A stretch of DNA of 64,000 bases from Camelus ferus (lineage: Eukaryota). This document shows, one piece after another, positions 53,056-64,000 of the stretch. The notes beneath the pieces were generated by a model. The model had not been told where the DNA came from. It made no database searches and saw nothing but the letters and a program-made list of their open reading frames with translations. Both the position numbers and the translations under genes were made by a program. How positions within the stretch are numbered: the first letter of the stretch is position 1; each line of letters starts with the position of its first letter. The stretch is from positions 6,264,001 through 6,328,000 of the forward strand of contig NC_045698.1 of NCBI RefSeq assembly GCF_009834535.1, read 5' to 3'.

Positions 53056-55049
53056 TGTGTGTTATGTCACTTTTACAGCAGAAAACTTCTACTCATGAAA
53101 CGTGCTCTTTCTATTAACTTTACAGGCATTGTATCTAAATTATTATAGGCAGAAACAAACTTGATTTTTTGTAAAGCCAAAGAAAATGTGTGCAATAGAC
53201 TCTGCCAAGTGCTGTAAGTAAAACTTTTTTTTTTTTTTTTGTGAAATACTCCAGATCTCCATACCAATTATAATTTCCAGAGATGGGAGAAGAACTGATG
53301 TCCTAGAGGCAACCTTTTGATGGATTAATTCCTGTAATCCATCATTTTTCTTTTCTCTCCATGTGGATCATGCATCATTCTTAGACTTGATGGCCAGACT
53401 TCCAGTTCCAAGTTACAGAATGCTTACACTTCTGTGGTCATCCTCTGTATTGTTCGATTTTGGGTACTGATGTTAACTTTTGCAAAATACTCAAGCCTCT
53501 TTTAACAAAATGTGACGTTTTCACTCTGACAATCTTTCATATTTGCAAGCTCTTCACTGAGGTCTCAACATAACAAAAGAAAGCCAATTTTGCATCCCTG
53601 TGCTTCTGAAAGGTGTAATAACAGGTTTCAGCCAGGGAGGCAGTCATTTCCCTTAGAGATGAGTATGTGGAAATACAAGAGAATGCCTTTTGTGAGCACA
53701 GTGCAGAGGAACAGTGCACACTGTGACCGTCTTCATGAAGGTCAAGGTCGTTTGTTGAGCTTTCCTGGTCAGGGATGACGTGAACATTTTAGATCATCTC
53801 TAACAGATACCGCATTAAGAGCGAGCACCCACTGTGAAGTGGTATTTGAGAGGCAGTTTCCAAAGACAGGAGGAGAAGGAGAAAGCTGGGGTCTTCCTAG
53901 CCTTGAGGATCTGAGATTTGAAGCACTTGTAAGAGTGGTGAGCAGAGTAAGTGGGCAGAGCAGTGAGGATGGTTTTGACTCAAACTAGCTGAAGCCATGG
54001 GGAACTTTTGATCTCAGGCCGCCAGTCCTCAGCTGAGGGTGGCTCCCAGGCCGACAGCCCATCGTGTCTCCTGCTCCCTCTCCGCCCTGAGCTGGTGGCC
54101 CTCTCAGGCTGCCAGCAGGTGGGGAGTAACAGTCCCAGCTTCAGCTCTGACATGCAAGTGACCAGAGAAAGAAAGGAGCCCTCCCTTCTCATGTCTGTTT
54201 CTGAGCGACAAACAGAATTTCCCAGGAGCCCCCAGCAGCTTTTCTCCTATGCATCCGGGGCAAGCACCGGTCCACACGATAGAGAACCACTGTGCTAAAA
54301 AAAACCTGATGGAAACCCAAGTGTTTTCCCAATAATAAGCATGCACAGCCATTGTATGGTGGGAAAGCTCTTAAGAGTCCACAGGACCCTGCAAGGCAGG
54401 AGAGCCTCAGGCAGGGTTTAACCCCAATCATTGGAGCTTCAGAAAACGTGAGCTCACAAGTTCCTTCTAGTGCGGTCAGGATTTGTCTTCAGGCAGCCAG
54501 GTGTAGCAAGTGTTTTGGGGCCCCCCACACTGCAGCCCCCACCCTATGAGCCCACTGTCTGCCTGCCATGACCACCTGGGACACAAGCCTCACTTCCTGT
54601 GACTTTTCACAGCAAGTCTTCTCTGAGGCTCACGGAGACTGTGGGCTTGTGAGGGTGCAGCCCAGGAGCGAGGGGAGCCGTGAAGGGCAGGCGCTTCTGG
54701 GGGGTGCTCTGCAGGCTTCTCAGGCGTCCTGGAGGGATTCTGCCTGCTGCCCTCGGCAGTGGCCTTGATAACAAACCCTTGTGGGCTTCCCTTCTTCTCT
54801 GCCTTGCTACCCTCACCCTTCCCATCTGCTCTGAAGATTCATCTCCTGAGGAATAATTAGGTGGTCTCAGCTCTTGTTCTGTCTCTGGCTCTACTCTGAA
54901 AGGAGCTCAAGCTAAGATGCCAGGCTTGCTCCTCTCGGCTCCCACCTCCACGATGCAGAACACGGGCTGGAATGAAGGGTGGCAAGCACTCCAGTGTCTC
55001 GGAGGCTCTGAAGAACCTTGGTTTTCATGTACTCAGGCCAAGGCTAGCG

Positions 55050-55183
55050 TGGCCCTGCAGTCCCACAGAGAACCCAGACTGTACACTGTCCTTCTAAGGT
55101 GGCAATACTCACATCTAGAGGACATTTAACACCCCCTTAGAACTGTGCAGTGCACAACCTGCACACCTGTACGCAGTGGCCCT
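55050..55183. mobile_element. MER91-like hAT-Tip100 MITE remnant
   Basis: Right end tgtgcagtgcacaacctgcacacctgtacgcagtggccctg matches the recalled MER91 terminus. Confidence 0.6.
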
Positions 55184-57779
55184 GGAGGATAGGGATTGGT
55201 GAGGGTGCCTTTCCCAGGTGCATCTGGATATCTGGAGCATCCCTAAGAATCCTCTGGTCTCTCCAGACTCTCAGTTATATGTACTCTTAGAAGCCAACAA
55301 GGGTCATCTATTGTTCCCAATAAGTAACAAATGATTGCCTTTTTTCTGATTTTAGTTCCAATGATTCACTTATCGAATTTGCTGTGGATCATACTCATCT
55401 GGGTAAAACAGGTTTCTAACATTAGGAAAACCAGAGTCTTTTAAGTTTTACCCTTTTAAATTATTTTTCAAATATTCACCAAGGCTACAGAATGTAGCTG
55501 GGGAACACGCAAGCTGTCAGGATGTTTGCCCACCTTGAGTCTGGCTACCCTGCACGTGGGAGGGGACATCATGCCTCTTTGTGCCAAGCTTCCATACCTA
55601 AAAAATGGTTACTCTGGTAATAATGCCACATCATGGGTTCACTGGGAAGAACAAGTAATAACATCCATAAGAAGTATTTTAAACCATACCTGGCATGTAG
55701 AAAGTAGTGATGGTGATGAAAAAAACTGTTTTTAGCCATAAAGATGTTTGTACCTTTTCAATGGAGTTAAAATCAACTATTTGCTTTTACTTAATTTTAT
55801 TTATTAAATTGTAATTAAGAAAATGGCCTTTTTAGAATCACAAGATGGTGTTTTCATAAAAGATGCATCAAATTGGTTGTATTTAACCCAGAAGGACCAC
55901 TGGCTCATTAAAGTAAGCAGGGCTTCCGGACAGTCCAATAAGGAGCCATGCAAGGAGCCCAGGAGAGATCCACACCTGTGACCGAGCTTCCAGGGTACTG
56001 TCGGGGCAGGAACTAAGCACATAGAAGTGGATCTTGGCCCAGAGTGAAATTGTAACCCTTTAACTAACGCATACAGCTTAGTGTAAGCTGTCAAGGCCGA
56101 GGCACCTTGGTCTAGTGTGTGCTGGGCTTACGTTGCGCAAACTCACAATAGCAAACAAAACAAATTAGATAAAGAGAAAACTTGCGATGTACCTCCTCGT
56201 AAAAATGTTCCTGTCCTCCACAGCAGGACCACAGATCTCTGGAAAGCCACAGAGGAGGAACACGAGGAAACACGACACACCAGTGCAAAGGACTCTAATT
56301 GCCACACGCCAGCAAGCAGCCAACTCAAAGACTTCTTGTTGGGGTTTAGAAGGTTAGTGTCTCTCAGTTTGGGTTTCGTCTATATCCGATGCAGAGAGGA
56401 GGTGCCAGCTGTCCCATCTGAATAGTAGGTGCCATGGCAAGAAAGTTGTTACTCTTGAAGGTATTTTAATACTTAAAAAACAATGGGGTGCTAGAGATAA
56501 TTTTATCCAACTAGGAGAAAAGAGATGTCTTCTGATAACTCCCTTCTTTAACTGATCTGCTTTGTGGGTGGGAAATCCACTCCTGCCCATTAGTCTAGTT
56601 CTGCCCCAGCATCGTCTGACGAGGCCACAGCATCCCGGACCGGTCAGCTCCTCAGGCTCAGAAGGCCTGGCCCCAGGGCCTCGCTCTGCCTGCTGCAGGG
56701 TTTCACGTATGTAAATTCCTTTCTCTGGGCCCTGATTTTCTCAGTTGGAAGATCAGGAATACATGAGATGACATTTCCTAGAATATTTTGCAAACTCTGA
56801 CATGTGCCACAAAAATGAGTTATGTTGTAATACTGTCATTATTTTCGTCCATCACAACCTATTTAAACTTCCAATTGCCGGGTTTCACTTGCTCCTGAAC
56901 GTATCCATAGTGCCATGATCTGACACAGACAATTCTTAGTTTGTTACATCAACTCCGATTAACCTTCACAGCATCCCTTTGACAGAATGTATTGATGGTA
57001 ATGGCTTTATTCCTGAACTTCCAGGGCCTTCTGTGGTCCAGTTTATTTTATTTTTTTTGTATCTAAGAAATAGATATCTCTCCAATGATGCTCCCTGTTG
57101 ATACCTTAAATCACTGCTTTTGTCAACTGTTTTACAGTGGGTGATATTTCAGTAATAAATGCAGTGCTGGCAGGACGAAGTCTGTTTCTGTTTTTGAATT
57201 ATCTCTGCTGTGCCCAACACCATCTTTAGTTTCATTCTTCGGCACACCTGCTGAACTTTTGAGGGAATCCCGAGTGACATTAATTTGAGAAGCAATTCCA
57301 TTTGTATACTATCATATTTTATGTCTTTCTTCCCATTGTGTGTTGTTAATTTTCAACCAAAACACAGAATTAAGATTTGGGTTATGAGTTTGTCTTCAAT
57401 TAATTTCCATGTTCATGAGAATCTCTCAAAGAAACTCTCATGGTTGGCTGGAAGAATATGATCAGAGTATTATGGACATCAAGGTGTTAAGGAATGAGAG
57501 AAATGTGATGGAAAGACAAAAGAAGCTTCTCTTTCTTTTAAGATATACTTTGTACTAACTAGGAGTAAAGAAAAATAAGATCCTCTCATTTATTACTTAA
57601 CACTGAACAAAAAATTATGCAAATGTCATTGTGTCATTAAATTCTATTTGTGCCTTGAGAACCAGTTCTCAAATGCTGGCCCTGTCACCCACTAGCAACT
57701 GGCTACCCGCCAAGTTTGTTAGTCTTTCTCAAGTTGAGTTTCCCATCTCCAAGTGGAGGTAATAATGAACACTGCCTAT

Positions 57780-58164
57780 GTTCATTTGTATCACTTTTTT
57801 TTAGATTCCACATATAAGTGATACCATATGATACTTGCCTTTCTCTGACTGACAATGAACTTATTTATAAAACAGAAACAGACTCAAAGACATAGAAAAC
57901 AAACTTATGGTTACCAAAGGGGAAAGGGCTGGGGAAGAGGGATAAATTAGGAGTTCAGGATTTGCAGATACAATTACTATATATAAAACACATAAACAAC
58001 AAGGCCCTACTGTACAGCACAGGGAACTATGTTCAGTAGCTTGCAATAACCTATAATTGAAAAGAACCTGAAAAAGAACATAATATACGTGTAATTGAAT
58101 CATTATGATTACACATGAAAGTAACACAACACCGTAAATCAGCTATACTTCAATTAAAAAAAAA
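57780..58164 (+). mobile_element. L1 3' end with inverted 5' segment (57780-57853), inserted into a MIR
   Basis: The reverse-complemented segment is contiguous in L1 with the forward segment. tgccta flanks both ends. MIR halves lie at about 57670-57778 and 58170-58262. Confidence 0.85.
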
Positions 58165-59221
58165 TGCCTAACAGGAATACAGGAGGAATAAACATAATCA
58201 ATTTAAACGCTCCTAGCGCAGTGCACAGTATGCAGTAGGCACTCAATTAAAGTTAATTATTTCATTATGCAACAGAATTTCAGTATATCATAACATGCAT
58301 GGATTATAGCTCCAGCGTGGTTCATTCTAAGTTCCTTTCAATATTTCATCTGATATTACGCAGTAAGCTAGGGTTTGTAAGACTTGATATAACAATTATC
58401 CTCGTGGTTATTAGATAATGCCAAAAAAAAGATTAAAAATGAAGCAAAATGATGCCAATGATAATTAAGCCCAAAGTGGCTATTCTAAAATGATCGAATT
58501 ATTTTCAATAAAATAATTGCAACCCTGAGATTCCAAGTCACTGTTGTGGCTTACATCCCAGCCAGTGGGACTTGGAACAAACACTGACCCTCTCTCAGCC
58601 GTTTTCCGGCAGGTGGAAGGGGAAAAGTAACCAGGATGGTGCCACCTTCTCCCTGGGGCCCTGGCCCTCTTGGGCCGGCTCAGTGCCCTGGAGCAGTGCA
58701 CCTGCCTGGGCTGTCTCACTCTCACTCTTCATCCGTAAGCACTAGGAACCTCATGCTTACAGAGTGCTTGTAACGGAAGGAGAGGCAGCTGGATTGTCCC
58801 TAAGTCTCGGCAGGTGCTGGAAAAGTCACAGCATGTCCCCCTATTTCCCTCCACTGCCGCCCTGGGGTCTGTGCTTTCTAAGTGTCTTCATGTGTCTCAT
58901 TCCAAACTTAGCCCCCAGGGAAGGATATTTGCTACAAGTGGCTCTGCAGTCAGGTGGACACATGTGCCCCCAGGGTTCAGAGAAGAGCTACAGGATCACA
59001 GAGTCCACGATTTTAGGGCCCGGGGACTCGGACGCTGGCTCGCTTTGCCCTGCACTTCAGCAAGGAAGGCCAGGGCCCAGAGGGCGCATGGGGTTGGGGG
59101 GACCTCAGGTTCAAACAATTAATTGGCTGCAGAAGATCCAGACCCTCCATCTGTGTTTGTCAGTCGAGTCCGCAGACAACCCAAGGCTCCCTGGTGCCCA
59201 AGCCATCAACATCTGGAACTT

Positions 59222-59922
59222 ACTTTTCTTTACCTTTATTTTTTTCTTATTTTATTTCATCTTGGTAAGAACATTTAACATGAGATCTCCCTTCTTAAAC
59301 TTTTAAGTGTTCGATACTGTCTTGTGGGCAACAGGTGCAAAGCTGGACAGCAGACCTCCAAAACCTGCTCATCTTGCTTAGCTGACACTTCATTTCCCCA
59401 TTTCCCTCTCCACCCGGCCCCTGGGAACCACCATTCAGCTCTTCGATTCTATGCATCTGACCATTTGAGGTACCTCCTGCAAGTGGAGTCACCCAGGATT
59501 TGTCCTTCTGTGCTGGCTAATTTCACGGAGCATAATGTCCTCAGGGTTCATCCATGTTGGCACAAATTGCAGAATTTCCTTCTTTTTAAAGGCTGAACAG
59601 TGTTACGTTGTATGTATACAGCATATTTTCTCTACCCACTCATTGGAGGTGGGCATTAGGTTGTTTCCACATCCTGGCTACTGTGAGTAGTGTGGCGGTG
59701 AATGTGGGAGTGCAGAGAGCTCTTCGAGATCCGACTTTAGTTCTTTCAGACGTGGAGGAATGGGAACCCTTGCACGTCACGGATGCGAACGCAAAATGGT
59801 GCAGCCACTACGCAAAATGGATGGAGGTTTCTCAAAAGTTAAAAATAAAACTTCCAAATGATCGAGCAAGCCCACTTCTGCATATTTACCCAAAAGAACG
59901 GAAATCAGGATCACGAAGAGAT
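59222..59922 (-). mobile_element. L1 (L1MA/MB-type) 3' end with inverted 5' segment (59752-59922) and 17-bp TSD
   Basis: T-rich tail at 59222-59260. TSD atcaacat(c/t)tggaactt at 59205-59221 and 59923-59939. Confidence 0.88.
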
Positions 59923-62524
59923 ATCAACATTTGGAACTTTAGGCGCAGTGTTTCACAGAAAAAACTAACAGCTCTCAGTGAGGGTCCTTAAGGATCTGAA
60001 TGGACCATCTCTTACTGAGACTTCAACAAAGGTTTGGGGATTTGTTCAAAGACAAGGACATATGAGCTTCACAGGTGAAATGTGGGATATCTTTTCGTGA
60101 AATTTCAATTTAAAAATGATGGAGCAAGAAAAGAGTCTCAAGTCTTTTACATCCCATTCACACTTGAACTTGAAATCAGCTCTTTCCTTTGGCTGCTGCA
60201 GTGCTCAGGAAGTTCAAGTTCTTACACTTTCCATAAACCTGTCCTTTACTGGGTAAATAACATTTCATTAGCATGCAGTCATTTTTAATAAACGTGAGCT
60301 CAGAGAAGCAGCTGGAGCCCAGGAATTACAATGAAAGAAATGAGGGTAGGAAAGAGAACTCACAGTGAAGGCGGCAAAAGGTGAGACCTTCTGGCAGGAC
60401 CGCACACGCATCACCATGTTTGATACTTGGAGCAGCTCTGGGAGAGAGGCGCCTGCCCCCCTTCTCAGAGGAGGGGGCCCTGATACAGAAATGTCACCCA
60501 GCTTGTCACCCAGCCAGAAAAAGGAAAGCAGATACTCCACTTTGTGACTCCAAAAATCAATACATTACCTATATCAACAGCCACTATCTGGTTAAAAGAC
60601 CCCCCTCAAAAACAAAACATACTTTGTGGCCAAAGATTTCTAACCTGCAGCTAAAATATGATCAACACATTACATTACCTACATAGCTATTATTTTTAAA
60701 TAACCATCTTAGGAATTTAATTGCTAGGATACATTTTCTAAGCAATCCAAATAAACTAAGTCTTCATTCTGATTATATTCTTCACTTGGCATGGGCTGGC
60801 AGTCCTGCTTTAGAAGAGACAGAAACTGGAATACATTTTTTTAAAACGTGGGAAAAAATAAATGCTGTGCTTCTATCATAAAAGAAGAGATTTCTCCGTT
60901 GTACTTCAATAACACCTTCCTGGAATTACACGGCCAGTAAATTAACTATAGTGGGGAAAGAAGGAAAAAAAAAAAAACTCAACTAAAATACCTAAAAACT
61001 TGTATTAGGCTCACTGGAGACATGCATAATATTCTTCTGGATTTGAAAACTGATACTATATTTGTTTCAGAAACCATAATTCGGTAAATTTAGACACAAA
61101 TAAACAAAGAAATATATTAACATTTTAGAGAGAGACATTCCATTTTTACATTTATAATCAGATGTATCTCTCTCACACACACAACAGTGACTACATAAAA
61201 AATACGCTATACTTTCCTTAATATATTTTCTTTCATTAAATCAGTTTTAAGTGTAATTACTGAAGTCAGTTTGCAATAAAAAAAAGAATGACTTAGAATG
61301 TTTTCTGAGTTCCTCGTATTGCAAAGTTTTAGAAACTAAAGTGCAAGATCGACTCAGGTCATCCATCCCTGTGGTTTCCCAGCAGATGAGACAAACCTGG
61401 ACATGGGAGTAGAGACCCCAGTCTTAGGTGCCGAGCTGCCAGGAACAGCAATGATGTATTTTAGCAAAAAATAAATCTACCGCGTTTGGATTGTTTTCCT
61501 AGAACATGTGAAGGTTGACAGATTTACCTTTCACATTTTCATAAATAAATTTAAATCTCAGCACTGACATACCAATCAATATATCATCCCAAACTGGACA
61601 CTGAGATTTTCCGTGGTTCAAATTTAATTCAGGCTGACCTGGAAAGAAGTGCTTCTATAATCAGTAATAGATTCTTTTAAAGCTACTGCAATATCTTTGC
61701 CAGTGCAAAGGGGAAGGAATCTAATTGCAAATCCCAATAAAGGAAATCTCCTTGGGTTGGGCGTAATATCTGACAAAGCACCTCATAACCCTCTTCCTCT
61801 CTCCAAATTTCCCAAGGCTATCTGGAGTGTGTGGCTTTTGCATTTCACAAAAACAAGCTTTGCAGCAGCACAAAAACATCACTCAGCCTCACGAACCAAG
61901 GTTATGAAATTGCTGCGAGGACCAACGGGAAGATCAGACAGGAAGGGTGCCGAGCCAGACCTTCTCATGCTGCACCTCTCCACCAAAACATCCCCATGTC
62001 TTGGCATTCACTCTGCAGTGCCAGCACCAGGGGCAGGCGAATGAAGTGAGAGCCCAGCAGCCTTCAGTGCTCAATCACTCTGACAGATAGCACAGGAAGA
62101 ACAACAACAGGCCTATGCACAGTGGAATTTTATTTGAGAATCTAAAGTGTTAAAAGAAATACGACCTGCTCAGGCAGAAGAAAAACAAAACCATAAGTTG
62201 TCTTTTATTCTCTCTGAACTGGCACCAAGTGTGCTCTGCCAATGACCCCATAAAGTTTCCCAGTCCTCGGTATCTCAGGTTTATCTGAGTTTTATACCTT
62301 AGTGTGGGCTCAGTGACAACCTTATCCCATTTTCCCAAACCAAATATAGCGCCCAGAGTTAAGAAGGCTGCAGTTTTTGCCCCAGCTCAGAAATGAGAAC
62401 TGGAAAACTCCTGGGGTGGTTTATCCCATATGCGAACATTGATTTCAAGCTGCCTTTAGGACACTCTGAATTTCCAGGGTCTCCTCCAGACATTCTCATT
62501 AACCAGAGAGACCTGTGTGATTCA

Positions 62525-62732
62525 CAGCATCTAGTGCATGCAGAGCATCTGGTGCCTGGATGTGTCATGTTTACAGAGCATTTCACATTTGCAGAACACC
62601 CAGCGTCTGTCCAGAATCTAGTGTTTGCAGAGCACCCAGCGTGTAGAGCATCCAGTATTTGTAAAATACCTAATATTTGCGGTGTATCAAGTGCATGCAG
62701 AGGACCCACTGTGTGCAGAGCACTCAGTGTGG
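62525..62732. repeat. Degenerate minisatellite with a period of about 18 bp (consensus near gcagagcatccagtgttt), roughly 11 units
   Basis: Recurring gcagagcatctggtg, gcagaacacccagcg, gcagagcacccagcg, gtagagcatccagta, gcagaggacccactg and gcagagcactcagtg. Confidence 0.7.
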
Positions 62733-62769
62733 GATGACACTGGACTCCCAGCTCTAGGTCCCTACTCAC

Positions 62770-62917
62770 CACATTGCAGCCCGCACAGTCAGGCCCGTTC
62801 TCGCAGGTTCTGCGGCGAGCTTGAATGCCGCCCCCACACTGGGCTGTGCACCGTTCCCAGGGACCCCAGCCTGTCCAGAACATGTGTGGGGGGCACAGCA
62901 GATGCTCATTGCAGTAT
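62770..62917 (-). CDS. SEMA5A: SEMA5A coding exon (probably human exon 16 equivalent), TSP1 repeat: (R)YCNEHLLCPPHMFWTGWGPWERCTAQCGGGIQARRRTCENGPDCAGCNV
   Basis: Translation matches recalled SEMA5A. Acceptor cag|ATAC at 62918, donor GTG|gtgagt at 62769. 148 nt, phase 2 to 0. Upstream exons lie beyond the window. Confidence 0.96.
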
Positions 62918-64000
62918 CTGTAATGGGGAAACCAAGAGGAAGAAGCATGGTGAGGCCACAGACCCTGCCACTCTCCGTCCCTGCACCAGATGTTGAACAC
63001 ATGGGCATGCTCCGCGTGGAGGGGTGCTTTGTATTCCGAGTGGTTGCAGGGAAAGAGGCAGATGTGGTGCTGGCCATGCCGCGTGTGCACAGACAATGGG
63101 ATGCGCGGGAGACAGTGAAGAAAATGCGGAACTCACAATGCAGGATGGATCTTCCTGTGCAGCCAATTAAAGGAGAAACAAACAAAACAAAACCCTTCAA
63201 ATAGACACCCAAAAAATGAGAACACAGAGAAAAATATCTAGGCAGGGCATTTATCTTCGCAACACAAACACTGAAAGATAAAGTAGTTATGAACACAAAG
63301 TCAGCAAATTGTATTTGGAATTCATTTCTCATCCTCAAATCAAATAAAGCCCACAATCCTATTAATATAAATTAAAAAAAAGTGAAAGTGTAATTTTAGC
63401 ACAAAGCATCATGTCATCTACTGCCTAGGTTGTTGTATTTTTAAATTTATCTGTAGACTCTTAGAATGATGTCCAACAACTTTAATCTAAATGACCACCA
63501 GTTACTCACTTATTCAAAAAGAGTTGAATTACTATTTACATCTACTACATTTTTTTTCAGTGATTGACTATATCTCTACAAGTGCATTCATATTGCCAAT
63601 TTTTAGCCAAATCTACAAGATCTTCCTTAGCTTTAAATAGATCAAATTTCTCCTCAGTCTTTAACACGACAAGTGAAATAAAGTAAAGTAAGGGAAACAA
63701 ACAAACCAAAAAAGAAAAACAAAAAATCAGAAAGAAGCAGCCTGGCCTTGAACAAGTTACAGCTCATAGGGAAGATGTTATTCTGAATGTAGCCAAACTC
63801 AGAGAGACACATTTGACAACTTGCAGGACTATTTAACTTCGACAGTGCCCCTCCCAAGCACACATTTAGCTTCCAGAGAACACAAGGATGTAAGGCTTTT
63901 TCTGTCTCCTTCCTCCACCCCAGGCCATCTGCCTTCAGAAACAAGAGACAGAGGTTCCTATCCGCTAGCTGTGTCAGTCACCTTCAATGTCGTCATTATT

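Noticed and set aside
62525..62732. CRISPR-like array or other prokaryote-type system
   Set aside because: The units are degenerate and tandem with no unique spacers, and the whole window is mammalian intron/exon DNA.

Overview
Mammalian genomic DNA, most likely camelid given the tRNA-Ala-derived Vic-1-type SINEs and the artiodactyl-type L1 3' ends. The window holds the 3' half of SEMA5A (semaphorin 5A) on the minus strand. I placed eight coding exons by hand with GT-AG boundaries: 62770-62917, 30272-30497, 27162-27380, 21229-21399, 19541-19696, 17756-17803, 12721-12932 and 9153-9273. They encode thrombospondin type-1 repeats, the transmembrane helix and the cytoplasmic tail, followed by a 3' UTR of about 7.3 kb. 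The rest is intron with ordinary L1, L2, MIR, MaLR and DNA-transposon relics and microsatellites; almost all listed six-frame ORFs are spurious. I found no convincing novel biological system. The most notable observations are (1) an apparent 1-bp insertion that frameshifts the last coding exon (assembly error or real allele), (2) a candidate intronic-polyadenylation isoform that would give a secreted, TM-less SEMA5A, and (3) two twin-primed (5'-inverted) L1 insertions about 1 kb apart. Repeat family names and human comparisons are from memory, not from database searches.
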